A stretch of DNA of 63,565 nucleotides, filler included. It is 3 parts of 3 records of this genome, joined end to end, with 100 filler letters (N's around TTAATTAATTAA, not from the genome) between each part and the next. Parts side by side here need not be neighbours in the genome. Positions count along the whole stretch, not along the records: positions 1 to 18,023 come from SRR2962707_893; 2 more parts are not named here. One strand, written 5' to 3'. The position numbers and the translations under genes are program-made. This document shows positions 1 through 8,462 of this stretch, piece by piece (position 1 is the stretch's first letter; every line of letters starts with the position of its first letter). Under the pieces are notes generated by a model, which was not told the DNA's origin, ran no database searches, and saw only the letters and a program-made list of their open reading frames with translations.

Positions 1-10
1 CATAATCCCC

Positions 11-18
11 TAAATTTG
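11..18 (+). promoter_or_regulatory. Bacteroidota sigma-A -7 element (TAnnTTTG)
   Basis: TAAATTTG 31 nt upstream of the ATG at 49; matches the TAnnTTTG consensus. Confidence 0.55.
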
Positions 19-48
19 CGGCTCATTTCACGATAGAAGACCAAGAAA

Positions 49-429
49 ATGGCTGTAACAAGACTAGAGCGTAAAGGACGTAAAAATAAAAACAGAGCTA
101 AGAACAGAGTAGCTACCATTAAGAGACTCAATACCTTGCCTACAATCAAGAATGTAGATATAGAGGAAATCAAAGCTGAGTTCGCTAAGAAGGCAAAGGC
201 TAAGCCAGAGCCAAAAGCAGAGAAGGAAGAAGCGCCTAAGAAAGAGGCTGCTCCTAAGGCAGAAGCTGTAGAAGCACCTGCAAAAGAGGAAAAGAAAGAA
301 GCTCCTAAAAAGGCGGCACCTAAGAAAACAGCTGAAAAGAAAGAAGCTGCTCCTAAAGCAGAAAAGAAGGCTGCTCCTAAAAAGAAGGCTGCTGCGAAAA
401 AGCCTGCTGCTAAGAAAGCGGATAAGTAA
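49..429 (+). CDS. Basic conserved hypothetical protein with Lys/Ala/Pro/Glu-rich (histone H1-like) tail
   Basis: 126-aa ORF; Arg/Lys-rich N-terminus MAVTRLERKGRKNK; repeated KKAAPK/KEAAPK units; has its own promoter and terminator. Confidence 0.75.
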   Translation: MAVTRLERKGRKNKNRAKNRVATIKRLNTLPTIKNVDIEEIKAEFAKKAKAKPEPKAEKEEAPKKEAAPKAEAVEAPAKEEKKEAPKKAAPKKTAEKKEAAPKAEKKAAPKKKAAAKKPAAKKADK

Positions 430-450
430 TCCTGCTTACTTAAGAAATTG

Positions 451-487
451 AACCCTGGTACTGAATGTTCAGCACCAGGGTTTTTTT
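451..487 (+). terminator. Intrinsic terminator
   Basis: Hairpin aaccctggt-a-ctgaa/ttcag-c-accagggtt followed by a T-run. Confidence 0.75.
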
Positions 488-492
488 ATGGC

Positions 493-521
493 AAAAAAAA
501 GCACTGACTTGTAGCCAGTGC
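493..521 (-). terminator. Intrinsic terminator of the convergent lipoprotein gene
   Basis: gcactg...cagtgc stem preceded by A8 on the + strand. Confidence 0.55.
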
Positions 522-543
522 CGGGTTTAGAGTGATTGAGATT

Positions 544-1452
544 TTATTCGCCTACGATTGACTCTCTGATTCGCTTCACTTCAATAGTGATGTCTCTCAT
601 CATGTCTTTCGTCAGGACAAAGCCAGGATCATTTGCCATCTTCTCCTCAATTTCCTGCAGGTCACCTTTATACAGTCGATCCAACAGAGCTAATTCAGTT
701 CTCATCTCAGCGATGGTATCGTCAAAAGGAAGATCTTCAAGTACTTGAATGATATCAAGAAGGGCTTCTTCTTCACCAAGAACGATTTTGACCAAAGGTT
801 CTAATAACTTATTTGAAGCTGCTGAGTTGTCATAGGATTGTAAGGTGATAACGGCCTGATACAATCCCTCAACAAAAGAGCCAGTTAGGGCAAGACCTGC
901 CATCGTAAGATGATGATCTTCTTCCATCTGAACACTGGTTTCCATAAAGAGTTTACCCAACAGTTTAGAGATCTCTTCTTCGTTTTGATTTTTTACATGG
1001 CCTCTGAATTCATCCAAATGACTCTGATCATAGATCGCAGAATCACCAAGTTGTTCAGCCATTTTGTGAGAAGCTTCCAAATAACTAATGCAGTCATCTT
1101 CATGACCGTATGCTGCCAGATAACTGATGTCTGAAGCATAAATACCCATATTCAATGCCATCTTATCAGTGTTGGAAGAGTAACCCGCAATCTTATCTAG
1201 AGGATTGATATGTTGCTTATCGAACTTTGCTCCGATCGATTTTAGTGTAAATGGCACCAAAGATGGAGGAGGCATATCCTTAAGTAGTTGCTCTATATCA
1301 TGAATGGTCTGTTCTTCTTGTAGTTGCTCTTTTGATTTCTCATTCTGGTCCCCGGAGGAACTGCTACAATTAGTAAGTAATATTCCTATGACAAGTAGTG
1401 ACAGGAGTCTTCTAGGTGAATTCATGCGCTTGGTTAGTAAATTGATATTCAA
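544..1452 (-). CDS. Hypothetical alpha-helical lipoprotein
   Basis: 302-aa ORF; hydrophobic signal ending in a lipobox-like LLTNC; true start may be the second Met. Confidence 0.7.
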   Translation of the reverse strand: MNINLLTKRMNSPRRLLSLLVIGILLTNCSSSSGDQNEKSKEQLQEEQTIHDIEQLLKDMPPPSLVPFTLKSIGAKFDKQHINPLDKIAGYSSNTDKMALNMGIYASDISYLAAYGHEDDCISYLEASHKMAEQLGDSAIYDQSHLDEFRGHVKNQNEEEISKLLGKLFMETSVQMEEDHHLTMAGLALTGSFVEGLYQAVITLQSYDNSAASNKLLEPLVKIVLGEEEALLDIIQVLEDLPFDDTIAEMRTELALLDRLYKGDLQEIEEKMANDPGFVLTKDMMRDITIEVKRIRESIVGE

Positions 1453-1727
1453 GTTTAATGTTTTTTGGACGAAAAAGTCGTTTTCGATGATTCAAAAATA
1501 CTTGATGAAGAAAATTGATAGAAAATGGCCATCATTTGGGAAGTGGATCGATTGCTTGGAGAAATTCTCCTAATAAAGTCATTGGATGGTTTCTGTTCAA
1601 AATAATCCAGGGGAAGAATTAGATTGATTTTATTCAGATGTTACCTATTGTCTACCGGTTAGAGCCCTCAAAAACGCATTTCATTTGTTAATTCGCCACG
1701 GTTATTTGAATTTCTTTTCAATGTCAC

Positions 1728-1754
1728 GCAACTATTTGGAGAAAGCAGCCGAAT
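1728..1754 (+). promoter_or_regulatory. Possible ECF-sigma promoter
   Basis: GCAAC-N17-CGAAT upstream of the 1842 operon resembles ECF -35/-10 elements. Confidence 0.3.
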
Positions 1755-1841
1755 GTTGGAATATATACTCTTTGAGGTATATGCTTTAATTGTTGGTCAT
1801 GGGACTAGCAATTTGAATAACCTACAACTAAAACATAAATT

Positions 1842-2660
1842 ATGAGATCCCTAATGATTACATTAACTATTGGTTCGCTCTTGCTGTGGGCAGGGTGTTC
1901 TAATAGCAGTTCAGAAGACCCTGGAGTTGATTGCACACAGTCAGATCTTGCGGTAACAGTTGCAAGTAGTACCCAGCCGGAATGCAATGTGACTGGAAGC
2001 ATAACTGTTTCAGGAACCGGTGGTAATTCACCATATTCGTTCAGTATCAATGGAAGCGACTTTCAATCTTCAACTACTTTTTCAGATCTCTCTGCTGGAG
2101 ATTACACTATCACCGTAGAAGACAATGATGGATGCACAAGCGAAACACAATTCACCTTAAGCTCATCTGGTGCAGCAGTTTCGATTAGTGTTGCATCTAC
2201 TAATTCAGAATGTTTAAGCGATACAGGAACGATCACTGTCACAGCTTCTGATGGCGATGGTTCTTATACTTATTCACTGGATGGCGGAGCTGGACAAACC
2301 GAAAGCACTTTCAGTGAGGTAGAACCTGGAGTTCATGAGGTAACTGTCACGGACGGTACCGGTTGTTCAGCATCTATGAATGTGACCATTAGTACCAATG
2401 TGAGTTTATCGGCTGATATCATGCCGATTTTACAAGCCAACTGTTTGCAAACATCAGGTGGTGGCGGAGGATGCCATAATGGGGATAATGGGTCAGATAG
2501 AAATTGGACCAATAAAGACAATGTATTGGCGAAGGCAGCCAATATTAAAACGAGAACTTCTGGAGGAATTATGCCTCCTTCCGGTTCAGGTCAAAGTCTA
2601 ACAGCTAATGAGATAGCTCTAATTGCTTGCTGGGTTGATGATGGTGCAAAGGACAACTAA
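1842..2660 (+). CDS. Lipoprotein with SprB-like repeats and C-terminal cytochrome c-like domain
   Basis: Lipobox WAGC; two SprB-type repeats (GGNSPYSFS..GDYTITVEDNDGC); C-terminal C-X9-CH, MPP distal Met and 'WVDDGAKDN' end. Confidence 0.75.
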   Translation: MRSLMITLTIGSLLLWAGCSNSSSEDPGVDCTQSDLAVTVASSTQPECNVTGSITVSGTGGNSPYSFSINGSDFQSSTTFSDLSAGDYTITVEDNDGCTSETQFTLSSSGAAVSISVASTNSECLSDTGTITVTASDGDGSYTYSLDGGAGQTESTFSEVEPGVHEVTVTDGTGCSASMNVTISTNVSLSADIMPILQANCLQTSGGGGGCHNGDNGSDRNWTNKDNVLAKAANIKTRTSGGIMPPSGSGQSLTANEIALIACWVDDGAKDN

Positions 2661-2661
2661 T

Positions 2662-3201
2662 ATGAAATATGTATTGCTAATCTGTGGATTGCTGGTCGCG
2701 TCAGTGGCTACAGCCCAGCGATTCAAGTCTTCAGAATCGTATATAAAATTTTTCTCAGATGCTCCGCTTGAAGACATTGAGGCGGTCAATGAAGCATCTA
2801 CAAGTTTGGTTGATTTATCCAATAACGCAATTGTTATTGTTGTTCCTATCAAGTCCTTCTCTTTTAAGAAGGATTTGATGGAGGAGCATTTCAATGAGAA
2901 TTATCTTGAATCAGAGAAATATCCTAATGCTCTGTTTAAGGGGAAACTAAACAATTGGAGCAAGGCGAATGGCAAATCCACAGCAACCGCAACAGGTACA
3001 TTGGAGATGCATGGTGTGACGCAAGACATAACCATCGAGGGAGAAATTGAATATGATGGATCCATCTTGAAATTGAATACTGTTTTCCCGATTAAATTAG
3101 AAGACTATAAAATAAAGATACCAAAAGCTGTTTTCTACAACATTGCAGAGGAAGTAGAGGTAACAGCACAAATTGAATACAAACCCTATGAGAAGAATTA
3201 G
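2662..3201 (+). CDS. YceI family protein
   Basis: Signal peptide; motifs FFSDAPLEDIEA, MEEHFNENYLESEKYP, GTLEMHGVT; start reassigned to ATG 2662. Confidence 0.9.
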   Translation: MKYVLLICGLLVASVATAQRFKSSESYIKFFSDAPLEDIEAVNEASTSLVDLSNNAIVIVVPIKSFSFKKDLMEEHFNENYLESEKYPNALFKGKLNNWSKANGKSTATATGTLEMHGVTQDITIEGEIEYDGSILKLNTVFPIKLEDYKIKIPKAVFYNIAEEVEVTAQIEYKPYEKN

Positions 3202-4042
3202 TTTAATCATCGCCATGATTTGGTGCTTCAATGTTTCGGCGCAGGATGAGTTAATGGAATTGCTGGAAGGCGAAACACAAGGAAATGAAGATTATGTATC
3301 AGCGACTTTCAAAAGCACACGATTGAATAACGGCCATTCGGTTGAGGTTCGATCGAATGGGACCTTGGAGTTTGTGATTAGTCACCGTTTTGGAACTTTG
3401 AATTCCGGGTACAAGGAATTTTGGGGGCTGGATTTCTCCAACATTCGGTTGGGATTGGAATATGGTATTTCCGATAATTTCAATATCGGTATTGGACGCT
3501 CATCCTTCAATAAAGTTTTGGATGGTTTTGCAAAGTATAGACTGCTAAGACAATCTGGAAGCGCACCAGTTACCGTTACGGTCCTTGCCGGAATAGCAAG
3601 GAAAACGTACGAGGATCCTGGTTTATCGGGTACGGATCGGAATTCATATACCGGGCAATTACTAATTGCCAGAAAGTTTAGCCCAAATCTGAGTTTGCAA
3701 CTTATGCCAACGTTGATCCAGCGGAACCTGGTGCCTACCAATGATGACGATAATTTATTGATGGCCGTAGGAATTGGTGGTAGATACAAGGTTTCGAACA
3801 GAATGACGATCAATACGGAATACTATCCTCAGATATCCAATTACTCTGAATCATTTCAAAATGCCTTTGCGATTGGATTGGATATTGAAACCGGCGGACA
3901 CGTATTTCAACTTCAGTTGACCAATGCTGTTCAAATGAACGAGCAAGGGTTTATTGGTGAAACCACTGATAGCTTTTTTGATGGCGACATCCACTTTGGT
4001 TTCAATATTTCTCGGGTATTTGACCTAAAACCTAATAATTAA
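3188..4042 (+). CDS. DUF5777 family outer-membrane beta-barrel protein
   Basis: Motifs FVISHRFG, IETGGHVFQLQLTN, FGFNISRVF; usual neighbour of YceI in Bacteroidota. Confidence 0.85.
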   Translation: MRRISLIIAMIWCFNVSAQDELMELLEGETQGNEDYVSATFKSTRLNNGHSVEVRSNGTLEFVISHRFGTLNSGYKEFWGLDFSNIRLGLEYGISDNFNIGIGRSSFNKVLDGFAKYRLLRQSGSAPVTVTVLAGIARKTYEDPGLSGTDRNSYTGQLLIARKFSPNLSLQLMPTLIQRNLVPTNDDDNLLMAVGIGGRYKVSNRMTINTEYYPQISNYSESFQNAFAIGLDIETGGHVFQLQLTNAVQMNEQGFIGETTDSFFDGDIHFGFNISRVFDLKPNN

Positions 4043-4114
4043 GGTTCAGACCACTGGTGTAATCGATTAAAATGGTAAGTAGTTTTTTACGAGATTTGAC
4101 TAAAATGTCGGATT

Positions 4115-4645
4115 TTGAGTAGAAAACTACTTTCCATATTATTCTCAGTTTTACTATTTGCTCCAGCAATCCTTACATTTTCCTGGTTGCAGCTGGAAAA
4201 GATACAGGTAAGAAAAGAAGTTAAAAGGATGATTATTGACGGATTAGCTGAAGATCAACTTGTCCGATTGGCTTTTACTCATCAGGACGCTGAGAAGTTG
4301 GAATGGGAGCATTCCAGGGAATTTGAATTCAAAGGAGAAATGTACGATGTTGTCTCAATTCATTCCAAGGGAGACTCAATTGTCTATATGTGTTGGTGGG
4401 ATAATGAGGAGACTGAACTTAATCGCACACTCACAGAGCTGGTAGATCTGACAATGGGACATCACCCCGAAAAGGATAAGCATCAAAGCTCATTGCTTTC
4501 CTTTTTTAAACTACTCTATCACGGAACTAATTTTAGTTGGGAAGTAGGACATATTGAGAATACTTCGGTAAATGGTATTACCTCTTTGTCATGGTTTAAG
4601 GGACTAGAGCAAACACCCATAACGCCACCTCCACGTATTTGTTGA
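4115..4645 (+). CDS. Conserved hypothetical protein upstream of TonB receptor, C-terminal PPP motif
   Basis: N-terminal TM segment, EFEFKGEMYDVV and CWWDNEET motifs, ends TPITPPPRIC. Confidence 0.7.
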   Translation: MSRKLLSILFSVLLFAPAILTFSWLQLEKIQVRKEVKRMIIDGLAEDQLVRLAFTHQDAEKLEWEHSREFEFKGEMYDVVSIHSKGDSIVYMCWWDNEETELNRTLTELVDLTMGHHPEKDKHQSSLLSFFKLLYHGTNFSWEVGHIENTSVNGITSLSWFKGLEQTPITPPPRIC

Positions 4646-4722
4646 TTCATATCACCTAACATGTGATTTTAAGTTAATGTGTCATTTGTGGCACCATTGA
4701 TTAACTCAACAAATAACTACTA

Positions 4723-7134
4723 ATGAAATTTATATTTTCAATCGGGTTATTGTTTGGGCTATCCATTTTTGGATACTCTCAGACACTAACCATTAATGAT
4801 GCTGAGACTGGCGAGGCTATTGAGCTTGTGACCCTGCTTAGTGAAGATGGGAAAGCATTCGCAATAACCAACACTCATGGTCAGGCGGATGTTAAACCAT
4901 TTAAAGATGCAGGGAAGATTGAAGTCAGAACGCTTGGTTATAAAACTATTATGACCAGCTATGACGAGCTTGCCCAAATTGGTTTTGTGATCACCATGCA
5001 GAGCACGAGGCTGAATCTGGAGGAAGTTGTCGTATCGGCTACTCGATGGAGGCAGACATCCGATGATGTACCCTCAAAAGTGATATCGATCTCTTCAAAG
5101 GAAGTGGCGTTACAGAATCCACAAACAGCTGCTGATCTTCTAGGGATTTCCGGAAAGGTTTACATTCAGAAGAGTCAGCAAGGAGGTGGAAGCCCCATGA
5201 TCAGAGGCTTTGCAACCAATCGTCTTATCTATACGGTGGACGGTGTAAGGATGAACACCGCCATCTTTCGAGGTGGTAATATTCAGAATGTGATCAACAT
5301 CGATCCGTTTGCAGTGGAGAACACAGAAGTGTTGTTTGGGCCGGGATCAGTCATTTATGGCAGTGATGCTATTGGTGGAGTGATGAGCTTTCAAACCTTA
5401 ACACCACAGCTATCCCTGGATAATGAAGCGTTAATTACCGGGAAGGCTCTTGTAAGGAGCTCTTCAGCCAACAATGAGCGAACAACTCATTTCGATGTGA
5501 ATGTCGGCTGGAAGAAATGGGCTTTGGTGACCAGTTTTAGTTCATGGGACTATGATCATTTGAAGCAGGGGAGCAATGGTCCGGATGATTATGTGAAGCC
5601 ATATTATGTAACACGAATTGATAGCATTGATCGCGTGGTGACTCAGTCTGATCCATTGCTTCAGGTTCCTTCTGCATATTCTCAAATTAATCTGATGCAG
5701 AAGGTGAGATTCAAGCCTAATGATGAATGGGATATTCAATATGGTTTTCATTACTCCGAAACCTCTCCCTATGGTCGGTACGATAGGCATACGAGGATGA
5801 GGAATGGAACTGCACGCTACGCAGAATGGGATTATGGCCCTCAAAAGTGGATGATGAACAACTTGAATGTTTCAAAAGAATCAAATGGTGCCTTTTATGA
5901 TAAAATCATCTTGAGACTGGCGAGCCAATCATTTGAAGAGAGCCGGATCAACAGGAATTTGAATAATGATGCTCGTGAGACCAGAATAGAAGAGGTTACT
6001 GCATCTTCAGTAAATCTGGACTTGGTGAAGTCGATAGGTTCTAAACATACCTTTTTTTATGGAGTCGAATTTATCAACAACGATGTGCAGTCCTCAGGAA
6101 TTGATGAGGATATATCGACAGGTATTCAGACCGTTGGCTCTACCAGATATCCGCAATCGACTTGGAATTCCTATGCAGTATACTTGAATGATGCATTTGC
6201 TGTTTCTGAAAAACTGCATCTGCAGGGTGGTGTTAGGTATAACCAGTTCAAACTGGATGCTGATTTCACGAATAACCTTGCTTTTTACCCATTTCCATTC
6301 AACACGGCTTCTTTAGATAAGGGATCGGTTACGGGAAGTATTGGTGGTGTTTATCATGCCGAAGAGAGTCTTGTGCTTAGTGCCAATTTTGGTACCGCAT
6401 TTCGATCGCCCAACGTGGATGACATAGGTAAAGTTTTTGATTCAGAACCTGGGGCTGTGACTGTGCCGAATCCATCATTAGAAGCAGAGTATGCATACAA
6501 TGTAGATGTGGGACTTGCAAAAGTCTTTGGTGATAAAGTTAAATTGGACTTAAGCGGATACTACACGAGTTTGAGAAACGCAATGGTGCGGAGGGACTTT
6601 ACATTGAATGGTTCGGGAACGATTGTTTATGATGGTGTTTCAAGCCAGGTGCAAGCCATCCAGAATGCTGCGGAGGCCAAGGTATGGGGTATTCAGGCGG
6701 GATTAGAGGTGGTTTTGGCTGCAGGATTCAATTTCTCTTCTGATATCAATTACCAGAAGGGAGAGGAGGAGCTCGACGATGGAACGGTCAGTGCTTCCAG
6801 ACATGCGGCTCCACTTTTTGGTACCTCACGATTATCGTTTCAATCAAAACGGTTGAGTATGCAGCTTTATACCAACTACCAGGGTGAACGATCCTTTGAG
6901 GACCTAGCAGTTGAAGAACAAGGCAAAGATGAAATCTATGCTAAGGATTCTAATGGCAACAATTATTCACCCTCATGGTATACGCTAAATATCAAAACGC
7001 AATATGGACTGAATGATTCATTGAAGCTTGGAGCGGGAGTGGAAAACCTAACAGATCAGCGATATAGACCTTATAGCTCGGGTATTTCCGGGCCCGGAAG
7101 GAATTTTATTATTTCTTTACGCGCAAATTTTTAA
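4723..7134 (+). CDS. TonB-dependent receptor (haem/haemoglobin receptor-like)
   Basis: 803 aa; EEVVVSATR, plug GPGSVIYGSDAIGGV, FRSPN, ENLTDQRY, terminal Phe. Confidence 0.92.
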   Translation: MKFIFSIGLLFGLSIFGYSQTLTINDAETGEAIELVTLLSEDGKAFAITNTHGQADVKPFKDAGKIEVRTLGYKTIMTSYDELAQIGFVITMQSTRLNLEEVVVSATRWRQTSDDVPSKVISISSKEVALQNPQTAADLLGISGKVYIQKSQQGGGSPMIRGFATNRLIYTVDGVRMNTAIFRGGNIQNVINIDPFAVENTEVLFGPGSVIYGSDAIGGVMSFQTLTPQLSLDNEALITGKALVRSSSANNERTTHFDVNVGWKKWALVTSFSSWDYDHLKQGSNGPDDYVKPYYVTRIDSIDRVVTQSDPLLQVPSAYSQINLMQKVRFKPNDEWDIQYGFHYSETSPYGRYDRHTRMRNGTARYAEWDYGPQKWMMNNLNVSKESNGAFYDKIILRLASQSFEESRINRNLNNDARETRIEEVTASSVNLDLVKSIGSKHTFFYGVEFINNDVQSSGIDEDISTGIQTVGSTRYPQSTWNSYAVYLNDAFAVSEKLHLQGGVRYNQFKLDADFTNNLAFYPFPFNTASLDKGSVTGSIGGVYHAEESLVLSANFGTAFRSPNVDDIGKVFDSEPGAVTVPNPSLEAEYAYNVDVGLAKVFGDKVKLDLSGYYTSLRNAMVRRDFTLNGSGTIVYDGVSSQVQAIQNAAEAKVWGIQAGLEVVLAAGFNFSSDINYQKGEEELDDGTVSASRHAAPLFGTSRLSFQSKRLSMQLYTNYQGERSFEDLAVEEQGKDEIYAKDSNGNNYSPSWYTLNIKTQYGLNDSLKLGAGVENLTDQRYRPYSSGISGPGRNFIISLRANF

Positions 7135-7180
7135 TTTTTGTGAACCATCGGTCAATTACCGGTGGTTCATTTTTTAACCT

Positions 7181-8146
7181 ATGCCAATCACTTCCTCCTC
7201 GTACAAAGGCCGACCATGGTATTTTCCGACCTGCCATTTTGAAACCATAATTCCTTCACTTTTTTATAAGGTGAACGGTGTTGACTTTGAAAGAGAACGA
7301 TTGGAACTGCCTGATGGAGACTTCCTGGATATTGATTGGATGCGAGGCGGACACAAAAGACTTTTGATCCTTAGCCATGGCCTAGAAGGAAATTCGCAGA
7401 GACACTACATCAAACGACCAGCGAAGTTTTTCTCCGAACAGGGCTGGGATATTCTGGCCTGGAATAATCGAAGTTGCAGCGGCGAAATGAATCGATTGCC
7501 GAGATTCTACCATCACGGAGCGACCGAAGATATTGCAGCTGTGATAGACAAGGGATTGAATGGGGATTATGATGAGGTAGTACTGATGGGTTTTTCAATG
7601 GGTGCCGGCATGCAGCAGAAGTACCTAGGCGAACGAACGCCCGACTCACGAATCAAAGGAGCGATTTCTTTTTCTGTGCCTTGCAACGTGCTGGACAGTG
7701 CAGAGCAATTGGGGCTACCCGGTAATCGGTTTTATGAACGCCGGTTTGTTGGTAAACTCAAGCAGAAGATTTTGACTAAGGCTGAAATGATAGAGCTGCC
7801 TATCGATGTTGAAGAATTGAAAAAAGTAAGGACTTTTAAAGAACTCGATAGGGAATTCACACTGAAGATTCATACCGAATACAAAGACGCCTTGGATTTT
7901 TATGCAAGAATCACAAGCGATCAATTCCTGCCTAACATTGAACTGCCATTATTGATTGTAAATGCGAAGAATGATCCGATGTTAGGAGACAAGTGCTACC
8001 CATTAGAACTTGCCAAAAGCAGGGATAATATTCACCTGGAAATGCCGGAAAAGGGTGGTCATGTCGGCTTTACAATTGGCGGCAGTGAGTATTCCTACAT
8101 GGAGTATGCTGCTCAGAAGTTCATTAAAGAAATCATTGGCATCTAG
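7181..8146 (+). CDS. YheT family alpha/beta hydrolase
   Basis: DGDFLDIDW, HGLEG, GFSMG nucleophile elbow, NAKNDP, GGHVGF. Confidence 0.9.
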   Translation: MPITSSSYKGRPWYFPTCHFETIIPSLFYKVNGVDFERERLELPDGDFLDIDWMRGGHKRLLILSHGLEGNSQRHYIKRPAKFFSEQGWDILAWNNRSCSGEMNRLPRFYHHGATEDIAAVIDKGLNGDYDEVVLMGFSMGAGMQQKYLGERTPDSRIKGAISFSVPCNVLDSAEQLGLPGNRFYERRFVGKLKQKILTKAEMIELPIDVEELKKVRTFKELDREFTLKIHTEYKDALDFYARITSDQFLPNIELPLLIVNAKNDPMLGDKCYPLELAKSRDNIHLEMPEKGGHVGFTIGGSEYSYMEYAAQKFIKEIIGI

Positions 8147-8210
8147 CGCTAATTATTCTTTCATTGTTGGCCTACCTGGTCAGTGCTCTCTTTTTTAAAA
8201 ATCTATTTCC

Positions 8211-8240
8211 GTCATTCACAAAGAAGAAATGTCGTTTATG
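8211..8240 (+). promoter_or_regulatory. Possible LytTR-type imperfect direct repeat
   Basis: gtcattcac (8211) and gtcgtttat (8231) about two helical turns apart, upstream of the T9SS protein gene; a LytTR regulator lies nearby. Confidence 0.3.
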
Positions 8241-8462
8241 AAGACTGTCTTTTAATGACGGATTATAATTAGTCATTTAGAATGAAATTATTTTTTAATT
8301 CTAAAGCTGACTCACATGATTACAACCACGCATCTACCTGATTCATAATAATTATCCATCATAGGTTTCTTGGGCTTCTTGTCAGCTTTAGAAACTTATG
8401 GAAGCCTAAGAGCTCTCCCGATTCTACGGGAGAGTTATTTCTCACCACAAAAACAATTCAAT

